A DNA stretch of 64,000 bases. Source: an uncultured Hyphomicrobiales bacterium (lineage in GTDB: Bacteria; Pseudomonadota; Alphaproteobacteria; Rhizobiales; Amorphaceae). Shown here in pieces: positions 62,584-64,000 of the stretch. Where the stretch lies: contig CAZJNX010000002.1 in NCBI GenBank assembly GCA_964547415.1, positions 66 to 64,065 of the forward strand. The letters are read 5' to 3'. A program made the translations under genes and the position numbers. The first letter of the stretch is position 1; each line of letters begins with the position of its first letter. The notes below the pieces were generated by a model. It worked only from the letters and a program-made list of their open reading frames with translations, had not been told where the DNA came from and did not search any database.

Positions 62584-63687
62584 CTACTCCGCTGCGTCCG
62601 CCCGCGGCCGGGCGAAGTCGAACGTCTCGGCAAGGTGGCAGGCGACGAAATGTTCCGGCGCGATCTCCCGCCAGGCCGGCACCTCCTCCCGGCAGCGATC
62701 CTGCACGAAGGGGCAGCGGGTGTGGAAGCGGCACCCGGCGGGCACGGCGGCCGGGTTGGGGATCTCCCCGGCGAGGCGGATGGGGGCGAAGTCCGCATCC
62801 GGGTCCGGGCGTGGCACGGCCGACAGGAGGGCGTGTGTGTAGGGGTGGCGGGGATGGAAGAAGAGGCTTTCCGTCGGCGCGTATTCCACGAAGCGGCCGA
62901 CGTACATGACCGCGACGCGGTGGCTCATCTGGGCCACCACGGACAGGTCGTGGGCGATGAACAGGAAGGCGACCCCCATCTCGTCCTGGAGGTCCTTGAG
63001 GAGGTTGACGATCTCGGCCTGGATCGAGACGTCGAGGGCCGACACGCTCTCGTCGCACACGACGAAATCGGGCCGCGAGACGAGGGCGCGGGCGATGCAG
63101 ATGCGCTGGCGCTGGCCGCCGGAGAAGGCGTGGGGGAAGCGGCGCAGGTGCTCGAGGTCGAGCTTGCAGCGCGCGGCGATCTCGCGCACGCGGGCGTCGA
63201 TCGCCTCCCGGTCGGTCACGAGGCCGGCGGCGACGAGGGGCTCGGCGATGATGTCGCGCACCGTCATGCGCGGGTTGAGGGAGGAGTAGGGGTCCTGGAA
63301 GACGAGGCTCATGCGCGGGCGGAAGGTGCGCAGCGCCTCCCCCGAAAGGGTATGGAGGGCAAGCCCCCCCTCGCGGAACACCATGTTGATGCGCCCGCGC
63401 ACGTCGCGCAGGGCATGCGCGTCGGCGCTCGCGAGGTCGAGGTCGAGGTTCTCCCCGTGGAAGATCACCTCGCCCGCCGTCGGGTCGATGGCGCGCAGGA
63501 TCGCCCGGCCGACGGTGGTCTTGCCCGAGCCCGATTCACCCACGAGGCCGACGGTCTCGCCCCGCCGGATGTCGAAGGAGACGCCGTCGACGGCCTTGAG
63601 CTGCCGCGTCTTCGCGCCGAAGAGCTTCTTCTCCCGGATCGGGAAGACGACCTCGAGGTCCCTCACCTCGATGAGGGGACGGCTCAT
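62584..63687 (-). CDS. ABC transporter ATP-binding protein (oligopeptide/dipeptide OppF/DppF type)
   Basis: ATG 63687. The motifs are GLVGESGSGKTT (Walker A), FQDPYSSLNP, FSGGQRQRICIARAL, FVVCDESVSALD and a C-terminal Cys-rich oligopeptide-ABC tail. It contains an extra in-frame segment before the Q-loop. Confidence 0.9.
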   Translation of the reverse strand: MSRPLIEVRDLEVVFPIREKKLFGAKTRQLKAVDGVSFDIRRGETVGLVGESGSGKTTVGRAILRAIDPTAGEVIFHGENLDLDLASADAHALRDVRGRINMVFREGGLALHTLSGEALRTFRPRMSLVFQDPYSSLNPRMTVRDIIAEPLVAAGLVTDREAIDARVREIAARCKLDLEHLRRFPHAFSGGQRQRICIARALVSRPDFVVCDESVSALDVSIQAEIVNLLKDLQDEMGVAFLFIAHDLSVVAQMSHRVAVMYVGRFVEYAPTESLFFHPRHPYTHALLSAVPRPDPDADFAPIRLAGEIPNPAAVPAGCRFHTRCPFVQDRCREEVPAWREIAPEHFVACHLAETFDFARPRADAAE

Positions 63688-64000
63688 GCCACCCTCCGCG
63701 CGGGCTGTTCGGCCAGGTGGCAGCGCACGGACCGTCCGGGCCCGGGGACGGTGACGGCGGGCGCCGCCGTCTCGCACAGGCCCGCGATCCGCTCCCGGCA
63801 GCGGGTATGGAAGGGGCAGCCCGCCGGCCGCTGGGACGGGCTCGGGATGTCGCCGGGAACGGGCGTGAGGCGCCGCTCCAGCCGGTCGAGGGAGGGGATC
63901 GCGTCCATCAGCCCGCGCGTGTAGGGGTGCTGCGGGGTCTTCAGGACATCGCGCACGGGCCCGCGCTCGACTATGGTGCCGAGATACATGACGGCCACCT
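63684..64000 (-). CDS. ABC transporter ATP-binding protein (OppD/DppD type), C-terminal fragment; gene continues beyond the right window edge
   Basis: ...AVMYLGTIVERGPVRDVLKTPQHPYTRGLMDAIPSL...GCPFHTRC... The stop overlaps the next start (ATGA at 63684-63687). Confidence 0.85.
   Translation of the reverse strand, partial: VAVMYLGTIVERGPVRDVLKTPQHPYTRGLMDAIPSLDRLERRLTPVPGDIPSPSQRPAGCPFHTRCRERIAGLCETAAPAVTVPGPGRSVRCHLAEQPARRVA

Overview
Very GC-rich (about 70% by eye) chromosomal segment with alphaproteobacterial, Rhizobiales-like hallmarks: an Omp10-type lipoprotein, a PhyR/NepR/EcfG locus, DUF1127, PAS_5/DUF1457, DUF992 and an HWE kinase. I support about 55 protein-coding genes and one tRNA-Arg(TCT). 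I saw no rRNA, CRISPR array, transposase, integrase or phage genes.

Gene content, left to right:
- a hydantoinase / isochorismatase-type amidase / M20 carbamoylase cluster
- an uncharacterised coupled ORF pair next to a MarR-like regulator, then nikR and omp10
- a histidine-less B12-binding-domain protein, then otsA
- two RTX calcium-binding proteins flanking a PAS_5 gene
- an EEP-PRTase-erythromycin-esterase-like operon, then ilvD
- an RND efflux pair and an M16 peptidase pair
- an aminopeptidase P family gene, an SLT/SPOR transglycosylase, ilvA, a DASS transporter and bpt
- the general stress response core (ecfG-nepR divergent from phyR), followed by PLD, a P-type ATPase and an M48 protease
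- housekeeping genes (apbC, mobA, cutA, nadK, a MaoC/CitE pair), a radical-SAM gene and an HWE kinase
- at the right edge, a tightly coupled phosphonate operon: ABC ATPases, FAD oxidoreductase, phnX and a formylglycine sulfatase/PMH-like hydrolase

Most notable observations:
1. The phosphonatase operon has no phnW in the window. It carries an FAD oxidoreductase and a phosphonate-monoester-hydrolase-like enzyme, which suggests catabolism of an esterified aminophosphonate.
2. That oxidoreductase has no canonical start codon upstream of its Rossmann motif.
3. Gene lesions are unusually dense: three premature stops (all TAG), at least two clear frameshifts, and three kb-scale regions where coding signal hops between frames.
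4. The nepR-phyR intergenic region contains palindromic, overlapping EcfG-type promoter motifs.
5. Two G-rich intergenic repeat arrays are present.

I did not recognise a clear-cut, self-evident novel multi-gene system. The candidates are ranked under findings. All family assignments come from reading the translated ORFs by eye. No searches were run.
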